Origin: Elusimicrobiota bacterium
GTDB taxonomy: Bacteria > Elusimicrobiota > Elusimicrobia > Elusimicrobiales > UBA9959
Direction of reading: 5' to 3'
DNA length: 28,154 nt
Assembly (NCBI GenBank): GCA_027340875.1
Contig: DAIENX010000101.1
Span: forward strand, 1-28,154
Positions 1 to 7,742 of this stretch are shown in pieces. The first letter of the stretch is position 1. Every line of letters starts with the position of its first letter. The position numbers and the translations under genes are program-made. The notes under the pieces are model-generated. The model saw only the letters and a list, made by a program, of their open reading frames with translations. It did not search any database and was not told the origin of the DNA.

Positions 1-119
1 TGAAGCCGGACAGGAAGCTGCCGAAGCTGGAGAAGAACTGGGACAGCCTGGTGAGATCCACGGACAAGCTGGTCTGGCTGTTCTCCATTTCCAACAGCAG
101 GCCGCGGATAAAAAGATAG
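1..119 (+). CDS. 3' end of an unidentified protein (partial, ...KPDRKLPKLEKNWDSLVRSTDKLVWLFSISNSRPRIKR*)
   Basis: Open frame from nt 3 to TAG 117-119 with GC3-rich codons like neighbouring genes; converges on the gene at 141-572. Confidence 0.65.
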   Translation, partial: KPDRKLPKLEKNWDSLVRSTDKLVWLFSISNSRPRIKR

Positions 120-140
120 CCGCCGGCCCCGCTGCCGGGA

Positions 141-572
141 CTAGTCCTGGCGACCGTCCAGGACTATGTCCTGTCCCTTGCTGATAAAATAGGAGTTTTC
201 GCTGCGGGCGCCTTTCAGGTCGCCCTTTTTGGGGTCCTCGAGGCGGCCGTGGGTGTTCAGGGCCGCTTCCAGGTACAGCCTCCTGGTCAGGAGATCCGGC
301 ATTATCAGGCTGGAGCTGGTCAGCTCGAACTCGTACGGGAAGACCGGGTTGATGACCTTCCTGACGGCCACCGGCACCCCGCCTTCGTTCCTGGCCACTA
401 TGAACAGCATGCTGTTGGCCCCCGGCAGGCCTGGCAGCAGCCCTTCGGATACGGTTACCGTGCCCGAGACCCGGAAAAAGTACTTCAGGGCCGACTGGTA
501 GCCGAATTTCCACCCGAGCAGGACCGCCGCTGTCAGAAAAACCGGCCAGAAGTATCGTTTGCGCAGCCGCAT
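141..572 (-). CDS. Small membrane-anchored protein resembling the periplasmic C-terminal domain of cytochrome c maturation factor CcmI/CycH
   Basis: N-terminal basic-then-hydrophobic anchor (RLRKRYFWPVFLTAAVLLGW), then VSGTVTV...LFIVAR...PVAV...FPYEFEL...MP...GDLKG. Recognised by eye as the CcmI C-terminal beta-sandwich pattern; no TPR region. Confidence 0.55.
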   Translation of the reverse strand: MRLRKRYFWPVFLTAAVLLGWKFGYQSALKYFFRVSGTVTVSEGLLPGLPGANSMLFIVARNEGGVPVAVRKVINPVFPYEFELTSSSLIMPDLLTRRLYLEAALNTHGRLEDPKKGDLKGARSENSYFISKGQDIVLDGRQD

Positions 573-578
573 GCTTTA

Positions 579-584
579 ATTCTA
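579..584 (-). promoter_or_regulatory. -10 hexamer TAGAAT, 6 nt upstream of the ATG at 572 (leaderless-type promoter)
   Basis: Minus strand reads TAGAAT-TAAAGC-ATG; no Shine-Dalgarno sequence. Confidence 0.5.
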
Positions 585-622
585 CAAAATTGGCCCGGGC
601 GCCGGGCCGGCCCGCAATATTC

Positions 623-641
623 TGTTAATAATCATTTAACA
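623..641. promoter_or_regulatory. Palindromic candidate operator TGTTAA-N7-TTAACA in the divergent promoter region
   Basis: TGTTAA TAATCAT TTAACA, perfect 6-bp arms, just upstream of the -35 at 651. Confidence 0.45.
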
Positions 642-650
642 TTCCTTTTA

Positions 651-679
651 TTGCCTTGGGGGCCGCCGTATATTAGACT
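651..679 (+). promoter_or_regulatory. Sigma70-type promoter of the coiled-coil operon (TTGCCT-N17-TAGACT)
   Basis: -35 TTGCCT 651-656, 17-nt spacer, -10 TAGACT 674-679; AAGGA ribosome-binding site at 731-735 before ATG 741. Confidence 0.55.
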
Positions 680-740
680 TGTTATAGAGTCCGGGAAGCC
701 CGCCGCGCAGGCGGCGCTTCCCTTCGGTACAAGGAAAATT

Positions 741-3700
741 ATGGCGAACGAATACGGCGAACTGGAACAGCTGGTGAACGACGTGACGAGCCTGGATACG
801 GCCCGCATGACGCTGCGCTGGGCCCTGGAGCGTCTCAACAACATCGAGAAGGAGAAGGCCGACCTGAAGAAAGGCCTGGCCCTGGCGGAGGAGACCGCCA
901 AGAAGCTGCAGGCCAAGGAAGCCTCCCTGCAGGACGTCTATTCCTCCCGCTCGAAGACGCTGGAGGAGAAAGAGGATTTCTACACCAAGCTCGAGGCCAC
1001 GATGTCGCTCTTGGGCGAGGGCAAGCTGGACATACAGCAGCTGCTCAAGAAAGAGGCCAAGCTGGATTCGCTGCGCAGGAGCCTGGAGACCGAGTACGAG
1101 GACAAGTTCGCCGAGCTGGACCGCAACCAGCGCTCGATCATAGAGCGGTGGAACGCCCGCCTGCTCGAGGTCGAGAGCCAGTACGCCGGCCGCCTGGCCG
1201 AAGCCCAGAAAAAGTACGATTCGCTGCGCTCGGAGCTCGAGGCCGAGCACCAGGGCCGCCTGACGGAGCTGCAGGCCTCGTTCCGCCACAAGGAGGGTGA
1301 GCTTTCCGGGAGGATCGCCTTCCTGGAGAGCAGCGTGCGCGAGTCCGGCGAGAAGGTCGAGACCCGCCGCCGCGAGCTGGAGGCCGAGTACCTGTCCAAA
1401 AAGCGCGAGAACGAGGACAACTACCGGAAGCTTTCCAATCTGCTCAAGGCCGACCTCGAGGAGAAGCTGCGCGCGATGGATTCCGACCACGCGGCGCAGA
1501 TCACCTCCCTGGAAGCGTCCTGGCAGGCCGAGCGCGCCAGGCTGCTCGAGGAGCAGCGCGTGCGCGAGGACCAGTTCCTGGTCTCCCAGGCCCGCATCAA
1601 GGAACTGGAGAATTCCCTGGCCTCCCAGCAGGAGGCCCATCATTCCGAACTGCTGAACCTCATCTCCGGGAAGGAGGCCGCCTTCAGGGCCAGGCTGACC
1701 GAGCTGGAGGCGGAGAAGGCCGCGAAGGAAGATCATGTCCGCGAGCTGACCGCGGCGCTGGAGAAGCGCGCGGCGGCCTGGGAGGAGGAGCGCGGCCGGG
1801 TCAAGGCCGATTTCGAGCGCCGTGCCGCGGCCATGGAGGCCGCGCTGAAGGAGCGCGAGGAGGCGATGGAGAAGGGTTTCGCCGCCAGGCGGGAGGAGCT
1901 GCAGAAAGCGTCGTTCTCCGGCCGCGAGGACCTGGAGAAGGAGTTCGAGGCCAGCCTGGCCGCCGAGCGCCGCGCTCTGGACGCTGAGAAGTCCAGGATG
2001 GGGGAGGACAGGCAGCGCCTGGAGGCGGCCCTCGGGACCGCATCCGACAGGATATCCTCCCTGGAAAATTCATTGGCCGCGGCCCGCGAGGACGCGCAGA
2101 AGGAGCTGCTCGGGCGTATCAGCGCCTCCGAGGCTTCCTTCCGCGAGAAGCTGGCGGCTTTCGAGGCGGAGAAGAACGCCTTCAACGACAAGCTGGCGGC
2201 GCTGGACGCCGTGCAGCGCGGGAAAGAGGCGGCTTTCGAGAAGCGAGAGGCCGACCTGGAGGCCGAGTACAAGGTCAGGCAGGAAAGCTACGCGAAGGAG
2301 CACGCGGCCGAGATAGAGGGCGCCAGGAAGGACGCCGAGTCCCGCCTGGAGACGGAGCGCGGGGTGTGGAAGTCGGAGCGCGAGCGTTTCGAGAGGACCT
2401 TCGAGGAGATCTCCGCCAGGTTCCGCGAGGCCCAGCTCGAGATAGTGGGCATGAACGCCGAGCTGCGCAAGGCCGCCGAGGAGGCGACCGCCCGCGAGGC
2501 GGCCGTGACCCGCGAGCTGCTGGACGCGAAGTTCGCTTTCGAGAAGGAGCTGCCGGCGCGCGTCAGCGAGGCGGTCGCCGCGCAGACGGCGTCGCTGGTG
2601 GAGGCCATCGAGGTGGTAAAGGCGGAGAAGATCGACCTTGCCGCCGTCATCGTGGCCAAAGAAGGGGAGATAAAGGAACTTAAGGACAGCGCCGCCCGTA
2701 ACAGCGCCGAGATAGAGACCCGCCTGCTGGCGGAGTACTCCGACGCCATTGAGGCCAAGAGGGCGGAGATAGCCAAGTCCTACGCTTCGATGCAGGCCGC
2801 GCTGGAGGAGGACCTCCGGCAGCGCCGCGCGGCGATGGAGAAGGAAGGCTCGGTCACGATGGCGCGCCTCTCCCAGGAGAACGCGGCCATGAAGGACGCG
2901 CTGGAGAAGATGAACGCCGCCGCCGGCGCCGCGAACGCCAAGTCCGCCGAGCTCTCCGAGAAGCTGCTCGCCGCCGAGAAGGCTTTCCATGCCGAGAAGC
3001 TCGAGATGCAGAAGCAGTACGCCAGGGAGCTGGAGGGCATCGTGGCTTCTACGGTGGACGCCGCGGTGGAGGCCTCCGAGGGCAAGCTCAGCAAGGCCCT
3101 GGGGGAGCTGGACGCGGCCAGGAACGCCAACAGGGAGCTGAAGGAGCGCCTGCTGGCGGCCGAGAAGGCCTACCACGACGAGAAGCTCGAGATGCAGAAG
3201 GAGCAGGTGCGCGAGATGGATTCCGCGGTGTCCGACGCGGTGGCCGCGGCCGTGGAGGAGTACGCGCAGCGCCTGCGCCGCGCGCAGGAGGATGCCGCCA
3301 AGGCCCAGAAGGAGGCGCGCGGGGATATGGGCCAGCTGGAGGAGATCTTCTCCGCAGAGAAGCAGCGTCTGCTGGACGATATCGACCGCCGCGACAGCTA
3401 TATCGAGAAGGCGGACCTGAAGATCCAGGAGCTTGAGAACGAGATGCTCAAATACCGCCAGGAAGCTTCCAGCGAGCTGATGCGCAACATAGCCGAGCAG
3501 GACGCGCGCTTCCGCGGGTCCGCGGCCGAGGAGAAGGCGCGCAGCGAGGAGAGGATCAGGCAGCTCGAGGAACTGGTGTCGGCCAAGGAGAAGCTGCTGG
3601 CCGAGAGCGACAGGTTCTACCGCGCCAGGCAGATGGAGCTCGACGGCATACATGCCAGCCTGAACATGCGCATAAACGAGTTCAACAAGGAACTGTTCGC

Positions 3701-3848
3701 CAGGAAGCAGGAGCTCAGCGACAAGGAGAAGGAGCTTAACGACCTTAAACTGTCCCTCGAGACCGAGCATTCCGAGAAGGTGGCCGAGCTCGAGCGGATG
3801 AAGTCCGAGCTGGCCATGGTGATCAAGGAATACAGGAGCAGGAAATAG
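741..3848 (+). CDS. Giant coiled-coil protein of unknown function (1035 aa) with internal repeats
   Basis: Start reassigned from 249 to ATG 741 (AAGGA upstream; the 249-740 extension overlaps the opposite-strand gene and promoter). E/K/R/A/L-rich, a single Pro, no Cys, no TM segment, no Walker A/B motif. Confidence 0.85.
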   Translation: MANEYGELEQLVNDVTSLDTARMTLRWALERLNNIEKEKADLKKGLALAEETAKKLQAKEASLQDVYSSRSKTLEEKEDFYTKLEATMSLLGEGKLDIQQLLKKEAKLDSLRRSLETEYEDKFAELDRNQRSIIERWNARLLEVESQYAGRLAEAQKKYDSLRSELEAEHQGRLTELQASFRHKEGELSGRIAFLESSVRESGEKVETRRRELEAEYLSKKRENEDNYRKLSNLLKADLEEKLRAMDSDHAAQITSLEASWQAERARLLEEQRVREDQFLVSQARIKELENSLASQQEAHHSELLNLISGKEAAFRARLTELEAEKAAKEDHVRELTAALEKRAAAWEEERGRVKADFERRAAAMEAALKEREEAMEKGFAARREELQKASFSGREDLEKEFEASLAAERRALDAEKSRMGEDRQRLEAALGTASDRISSLENSLAAAREDAQKELLGRISASEASFREKLAAFEAEKNAFNDKLAALDAVQRGKEAAFEKREADLEAEYKVRQESYAKEHAAEIEGARKDAESRLETERGVWKSERERFERTFEEISARFREAQLEIVGMNAELRKAAEEATAREAAVTRELLDAKFAFEKELPARVSEAVAAQTASLVEAIEVVKAEKIDLAAVIVAKEGEIKELKDSAARNSAEIETRLLAEYSDAIEAKRAEIAKSYASMQAALEEDLRQRRAAMEKEGSVTMARLSQENAAMKDALEKMNAAAGAANAKSAELSEKLLAAEKAFHAEKLEMQKQYARELEGIVASTVDAAVEASEGKLSKALGELDAARNANRELKERLLAAEKAYHDEKLEMQKEQVREMDSAVSDAVAAAVEEYAQRLRRAQEDAAKAQKEARGDMGQLEEIFSAEKQRLLDDIDRRDSYIEKADLKIQELENEMLKYRQEASSELMRNIAEQDARFRGSAAEEKARSEERIRQLEELVSAKEKLLAESDRFYRARQMELDGIHASLNMRINEFNKELFARKQELSDKEKELNDLKLSLETEHSEKVAELERMKSELAMVIKEYRSRK
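2964..3260 (+). repeat. Intragenic tandem duplication, 186-nt (62-aa) period
   Basis: Exact 22-mer CGAGAAGCTCGAGATGCAGAAG at 2993-3014 and 3179-3200; LLAAEKAFHAEKLEMQKQYARELE vs LLAAEKAYHDEKLEMQKEQVREMD. Confidence 0.85.
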
Positions 3849-3859
3849 GCGGAACGAAT

Positions 3860-4561
3860 ATGGAAAAAGAACGCCAGATGCAGTGCGTGCCCGTGGAGCT
3901 GCTGGACAGGCTGCGCGACCTCGCCGCCAGGATGTGGAAGGAGAAGAGCCCGGGCGCGGTACACCTGAGCGCGCTGATGGAGGAGTTCGGCGTGGAGGTC
4001 AGGACTTTGGGCAACGTGCTTAAGCAGTACGAGGACGAGTACTCGTCGCAGCTGGCCGCGCGCCAGGGGAAGTTCGACCAGCGCGAGGCCCGCCTCAAGA
4101 AGGAGATAGAGGACCTGAAAGCCGCCCTGGCGCGTTCCGAGGCGGAGAAGTCCGAGGCTTTGAAACTGCAGACGGAGCTCCGCGTCCACCTGGCCTCCGG
4201 CGAGCGGTCGATGGCCGAACTGAAGACCAGGACCGCCGAGGAGGAAGGGGAGCTTAACTCCCGCTACGTGGCGAAGATGGAAGAGCTTTACGAGAAGGTG
4301 GGCAAGAAGGAAAGGGACATGCTAGCCAGATGGGAGGAGAAGAACCGGGCCCTCGAGGCCAAGTCCATGGAGCTGGAGACCGGGTTGGGCGCGCGCGCCA
4401 AGCAGCTGAAGGTGCGCGAGAGGGAGCTGGAGGAGGAATTCAACGCCAGGAAGGCCGAGCTGATCCGCACCTTCGACCGTATAAGGGAAGGGCTGGAGAC
4501 GCGGGAGAAGGCTTTGGCCGAACGCGAGGCCGGCCGGACGGCCAAAGGCGGCGCCGTATGA
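3860..4561 (+). CDS. Coiled-coil protein of unknown function (233 aa)
   Basis: Starts 11 nt after the upstream stop; heptad-like E/K/R/L-rich sequence; its TGA overlaps the next ATG (ATGA 4558-4561). Confidence 0.85.
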   Translation: MEKERQMQCVPVELLDRLRDLAARMWKEKSPGAVHLSALMEEFGVEVRTLGNVLKQYEDEYSSQLAARQGKFDQREARLKKEIEDLKAALARSEAEKSEALKLQTELRVHLASGERSMAELKTRTAEEEGELNSRYVAKMEELYEKVGKKERDMLARWEEKNRALEAKSMELETGLGARAKQLKVRERELEEEFNARKAELIRTFDRIREGLETREKALAEREAGRTAKGGAV

Positions 4562-5124
4562 GCGACACCGAGGATATGAAGTACCTGCTGGACCGGCTGA
4601 AGAGCGAGGTCGGCCCTGTCAGGGAGGAACACCAGGCGCCGGCTTCGAGGGCCTTCCCGGAAAAGGCGCCGCAGCCCCAGGAACAGCGCTACGAGGGTTT
4701 CCGCCGCGCCTACCGGGCGCCGGAGCAGCCGGACCGCAGGCCGCTGCCCAGCGGCTGGAGCGAGAACAAGGAGATACTTCTTTTCGGCATGCTCGCCTCG
4801 CTGATAGCGACGCTGGGCGGCATATTGGCGGGCCTGGGCTACGTGGTGGCCGTGGGCGCCGCGTCCTTCGGGATTTTTTCCCTGGTGACCGCCGCGTCGC
4901 TGCTGAAGGTCTGCCTGTTCAGGCCTGGCCCGGCGCAGGACGAAAGCGCCCTGAACTCCAGGCTCGACGCCATCTCCAGGCGGGTGGAGGCCCTGAGCAA
5001 CAGGGCCGTGAGCGTGTCCGGCGCCCATCCGGCCGCGGCGCACGACCCCGAGCTGGAGCGGAAGGTCGAGGAGCTGAGGGTGCTGATGAAGAGCCTCGCC
5101 AAGGCAGTGGAATCAGGAAGATAG
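4558..5124 (+). CDS. Two-TM membrane protein with N-terminal low-complexity linker and C-terminal coiled coil (188 aa)
   Basis: ATGA coupling gives start MSDTEDMKYLLDRLK; hydrophobic hairpin ILLFGMLASLIATLGGILAG / YVVAVGAASFGIFSLVTAASLL; ends LERKVEELRVLMKSLAKAVE. Confidence 0.8.
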   Translation: MSDTEDMKYLLDRLKSEVGPVREEHQAPASRAFPEKAPQPQEQRYEGFRRAYRAPEQPDRRPLPSGWSENKEILLFGMLASLIATLGGILAGLGYVVAVGAASFGIFSLVTAASLLKVCLFRPGPAQDESALNSRLDAISRRVEALSNRAVSVSGAHPAAAHDPELERKVEELRVLMKSLAKAVESGR

Positions 5125-5150
5125 CGGGATACGGAAGGGCGAAATATATA

Positions 5151-5156
5151 TATAAT
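5151..5156 (+). promoter_or_regulatory. -10 hexamer TATAAT, 6 nt upstream of the wza-like ATG (internal, leaderless-type promoter)
   Basis: TATAAT-TTCACT-ATG in an AT-rich patch; no convincing -35. Confidence 0.5.
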
Positions 5157-5162
5157 TTCACT

Positions 5163-5849
5163 ATGAAGACGATCTCACTGCTCATGTCGTTCATCCTTTT
5201 CACCGGTCAGCTGCCGGCGTTCTGCCTGGATGCCGCCGCGCCGGAGAAGGAATATCCGATAGCGGCCGGAGACGTGATCAATATCAACGTTTTCCCAGCC
5301 CAGGAATTCTCCCGCGAGGTTACGGTGCAGCCCGACGGCAGCGTGGAGATCCCTCTGTTGGGCTCCGTGGACGCGGCCGGCCTGAAGACCGACGAGCTGC
5401 AGAAGGTGCTGACCGCCAAGTTCTCCAAGTACGTCTCCAGCCCGTCTATAACGCTCTCGGTGCGCAAGTTCTCGTTCCAGCGGGTGGCCCTGATCGGACA
5501 GGTGCACGGTCCCGGCTATTACGAGTACCGGGAAGGCATGCGCCTGCTGGACCTGGTGGCGCAGGCCGGAGGCCTGCAGGACTACGCCCGCGGCGCCAAG
5601 GTGAGGATCTACAGGAAGTCGCAGGACGGAAAGGACAAGGGAGCGGAGCTGGTGATCAGCGCCGACCTGGACAAGGTGCTGGCCGGAGACCTGGAGAAGA
5701 ACGTGCCGCTGCGGAGCGGCGACATAGTCTACATCCCGCGCAAGCCGTATTCCTCCGCAGCGCGCTGGATAACGGACAATATCATCCCGTGGGCCACGCT
5801 GTTCATCTTCATGATAACCGCCGGCATAGTGGCCAAGAAGAACAAGTGA
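5163..5849 (+). CDS. wza: Polysaccharide biosynthesis/export protein (Wza/OPX family; Poly_export + SLBB)
   Basis: Signal peptide; YPIAAGDVINI...VTVQPDGSVEIPLLGSVDAAGL (PES motif); VALIGQVHGPG...LLDLVAQAGGL (SLBB); NVPLRSGDIVYIP; adjacent to wzc. Confidence 0.9.
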   Translation: MKTISLLMSFILFTGQLPAFCLDAAAPEKEYPIAAGDVININVFPAQEFSREVTVQPDGSVEIPLLGSVDAAGLKTDELQKVLTAKFSKYVSSPSITLSVRKFSFQRVALIGQVHGPGYYEYREGMRLLDLVAQAGGLQDYARGAKVRIYRKSQDGKDKGAELVISADLDKVLAGDLEKNVPLRSGDIVYIPRKPYSSAARWITDNIIPWATLFIFMITAGIVAKKNK

Positions 5850-5850
5850 C

Positions 5851-7707
5851 ATGCAAGCCGAACTGACTCTCTACGACTATTGGCGCATAATCAACCGCCG
5901 CAAGTGGGTGGCGCTGCTGATCCTCGCGGCCACCATCTTCTCAACCATCTTCTATACCAAGATGCAGCCAGTGGTGTACAGCAGCCAGGGCCTGATAAAG
6001 ATAAAGCCGCCGCTCTCTTACTCTAAGATCCCGGGCTCGGACATGATGGATTACGATCCGTGGAGCGCGGTGGCCACGGAGCTGAAGGTGATGACCTCCT
6101 CCGAGATAGCCCTCCGCGCGGCGTTGCGGCTCGGCATGCCGTCCGGGGCCAATTCCGCGGCCGATATCGCCAGGTCCTACAAGGTGGAGCGCCTGCAGGA
6201 CTCCAACCTGATATCTCTGACCTCCTTCAGCGGTTCGCCTTCGCGCGCGGCCGACATAGCTTCGGCCGTGATAGACGCATACAGGGACTACGACCTCGAG
6301 CAGAAGAGCATGCAGGCCAGGAAGACGCTCGACGACATCTCTTCCCGGAAGGACGAGGTCGAGACCAACCTGCACAGACTGGAGAGGCAGAAGCAGCGCT
6401 TCATAGAGCAGAACCCGCGCACCGGCCTGGGCTCGGCGCTGGCCAACCAGCTGGCCGACCTCGAGATACGCCGCAAGGAGCTGCTGGAGAAGTACACGCC
6501 CAATCATCCGGACGTCGTGGCCATGGACGAGAGGATAGACGTCATCCAGAACAAGCTGGAGGAGATCCCAGCCCAGGAGCTGGAGCTGGCCAGGATCAGC
6601 CGCGAGCTGCGCATGCAGGAGGACCTCTACACCACCCTGAACAAGCAGTACGAAGAGGCGAAGCTCGGAGTCTCGTCCATAGTCTCCTTCGTCAGCGTGG
6701 TAAATCGCCCGGACCCGAATCCGGTCCCCATCTCTCCGAACCGCCCGCTCAACCTGATGGTCGGCTCCGTGCTGGGGCTGTTCCTCGCCGTGGTGGTGGT
6801 CTTCCTGCTGGAGAACCTGGACGTGTCCATCTCCACCATCGAGGACATCGAGAACCTGCTGAAGCTGCCCGTGCTGGGCATCATCCCTAACATACTCAGC
6901 GAGAAACATCTTGACAACTGGCTCACGCAGGTATTCAAGAAGGAGCGCTACACGGTGGACGCTTTCCGCAGCGTCCTCGTGGTAAACCGGCGCTATGCTT
7001 CAGGGGTCATAGAATCCTATCATACGCTGCGCACCAACATAATGTCCAACCTGGACACCAAGAACAGCGTGTCGCTGGTCTTCAGCTCCTCCGGCGCCGC
7101 GGAGGGCAAGACGCTCACCGCGGTCAATTTCGCGCTCGCGGCCGCCCACTCCGGCCTCAGGACCCTGCTGGTGGACGCGGACCTCAGGCGCCCGGCCATC
7201 AACCAGATCTTCGGCACCAGGAAGGGCCCGGGCCTGAGCGACGTGCTGACCGGGAAGACCGAGTGGCGGGACGCGGTGCTCGAGAGCGCCGATTTCATCA
7301 TGGGCGGACTGGATTACGAGCAGCTTATGCGCTTTCCCGGAATAGAGAACCTGAAGGTGCTGAATTGCGGCACCCAGCCTGATACCGTGATAGACATACT
7401 CGACTCCGCCGACTGGCACGGCCTGATTGGCGACCTCAAGGCCGAGTTCGACCTGGTAATTTTCGACACGCCTCCCGTGCTGCTGTTCGCGGACGCGCTG
7501 ATGATAGCCAAGCACGCCTCCGACGGCGTGGTGCTGGTATATAAGGCCGGCAAGATAGCGCGCGGGGCGCTCAAGCGGGCCAAGGAGCAGATCACCGGCG
7601 TGAACTCCCGCATGATAGGCGTGGCCCTTAACGGCGTGAGGGCCTCGGAGATGGGGCCGCAGTACGGCTATTATTACTACGACTACAAGGACTACGCCCG
7701 CCGCTAG
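5851..7707 (+). CDS. wzc: Polysaccharide co-polymerase / BY-kinase (Wzc/GumC family)
   Basis: N-terminal TM after RRKW, periplasmic coiled coil with YTPNHPDV, second TM after PISPN, Walker A SSSGAAEGKT, A' LLVDADLRRP, B LVIFDTPP, C-terminal Tyr cluster YGYYYYDYKDY. Confidence 0.95.
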   Translation: MQAELTLYDYWRIINRRKWVALLILAATIFSTIFYTKMQPVVYSSQGLIKIKPPLSYSKIPGSDMMDYDPWSAVATELKVMTSSEIALRAALRLGMPSGANSAADIARSYKVERLQDSNLISLTSFSGSPSRAADIASAVIDAYRDYDLEQKSMQARKTLDDISSRKDEVETNLHRLERQKQRFIEQNPRTGLGSALANQLADLEIRRKELLEKYTPNHPDVVAMDERIDVIQNKLEEIPAQELELARISRELRMQEDLYTTLNKQYEEAKLGVSSIVSFVSVVNRPDPNPVPISPNRPLNLMVGSVLGLFLAVVVVFLLENLDVSISTIEDIENLLKLPVLGIIPNILSEKHLDNWLTQVFKKERYTVDAFRSVLVVNRRYASGVIESYHTLRTNIMSNLDTKNSVSLVFSSSGAAEGKTLTAVNFALAAAHSGLRTLLVDADLRRPAINQIFGTRKGPGLSDVLTGKTEWRDAVLESADFIMGGLDYEQLMRFPGIENLKVLNCGTQPDTVIDILDSADWHGLIGDLKAEFDLVIFDTPPVLLFADALMIAKHASDGVVLVYKAGKIARGALKRAKEQITGVNSRMIGVALNGVRASEMGPQYGYYYYDYKDYARR

Positions 7708-7742
7708 GGCGGGCCGGCGGTCCTGGGAATGAAGACCAGATC

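Noticed and set aside
249..740. N-terminal 164-aa extension of the 1199-aa ORF
   Set aside because: It overlaps the minus-strand gene and the promoter region and is not coiled-coil-like; a ribosome-binding site and ATG at 741 give the better start.
741..3848. SMC/SbcC or phage tape-measure annotation for the giant coiled coil
   Set aside because: No Walker A/B or hinge motif, no hydrophobic segments and no phage genes nearby.
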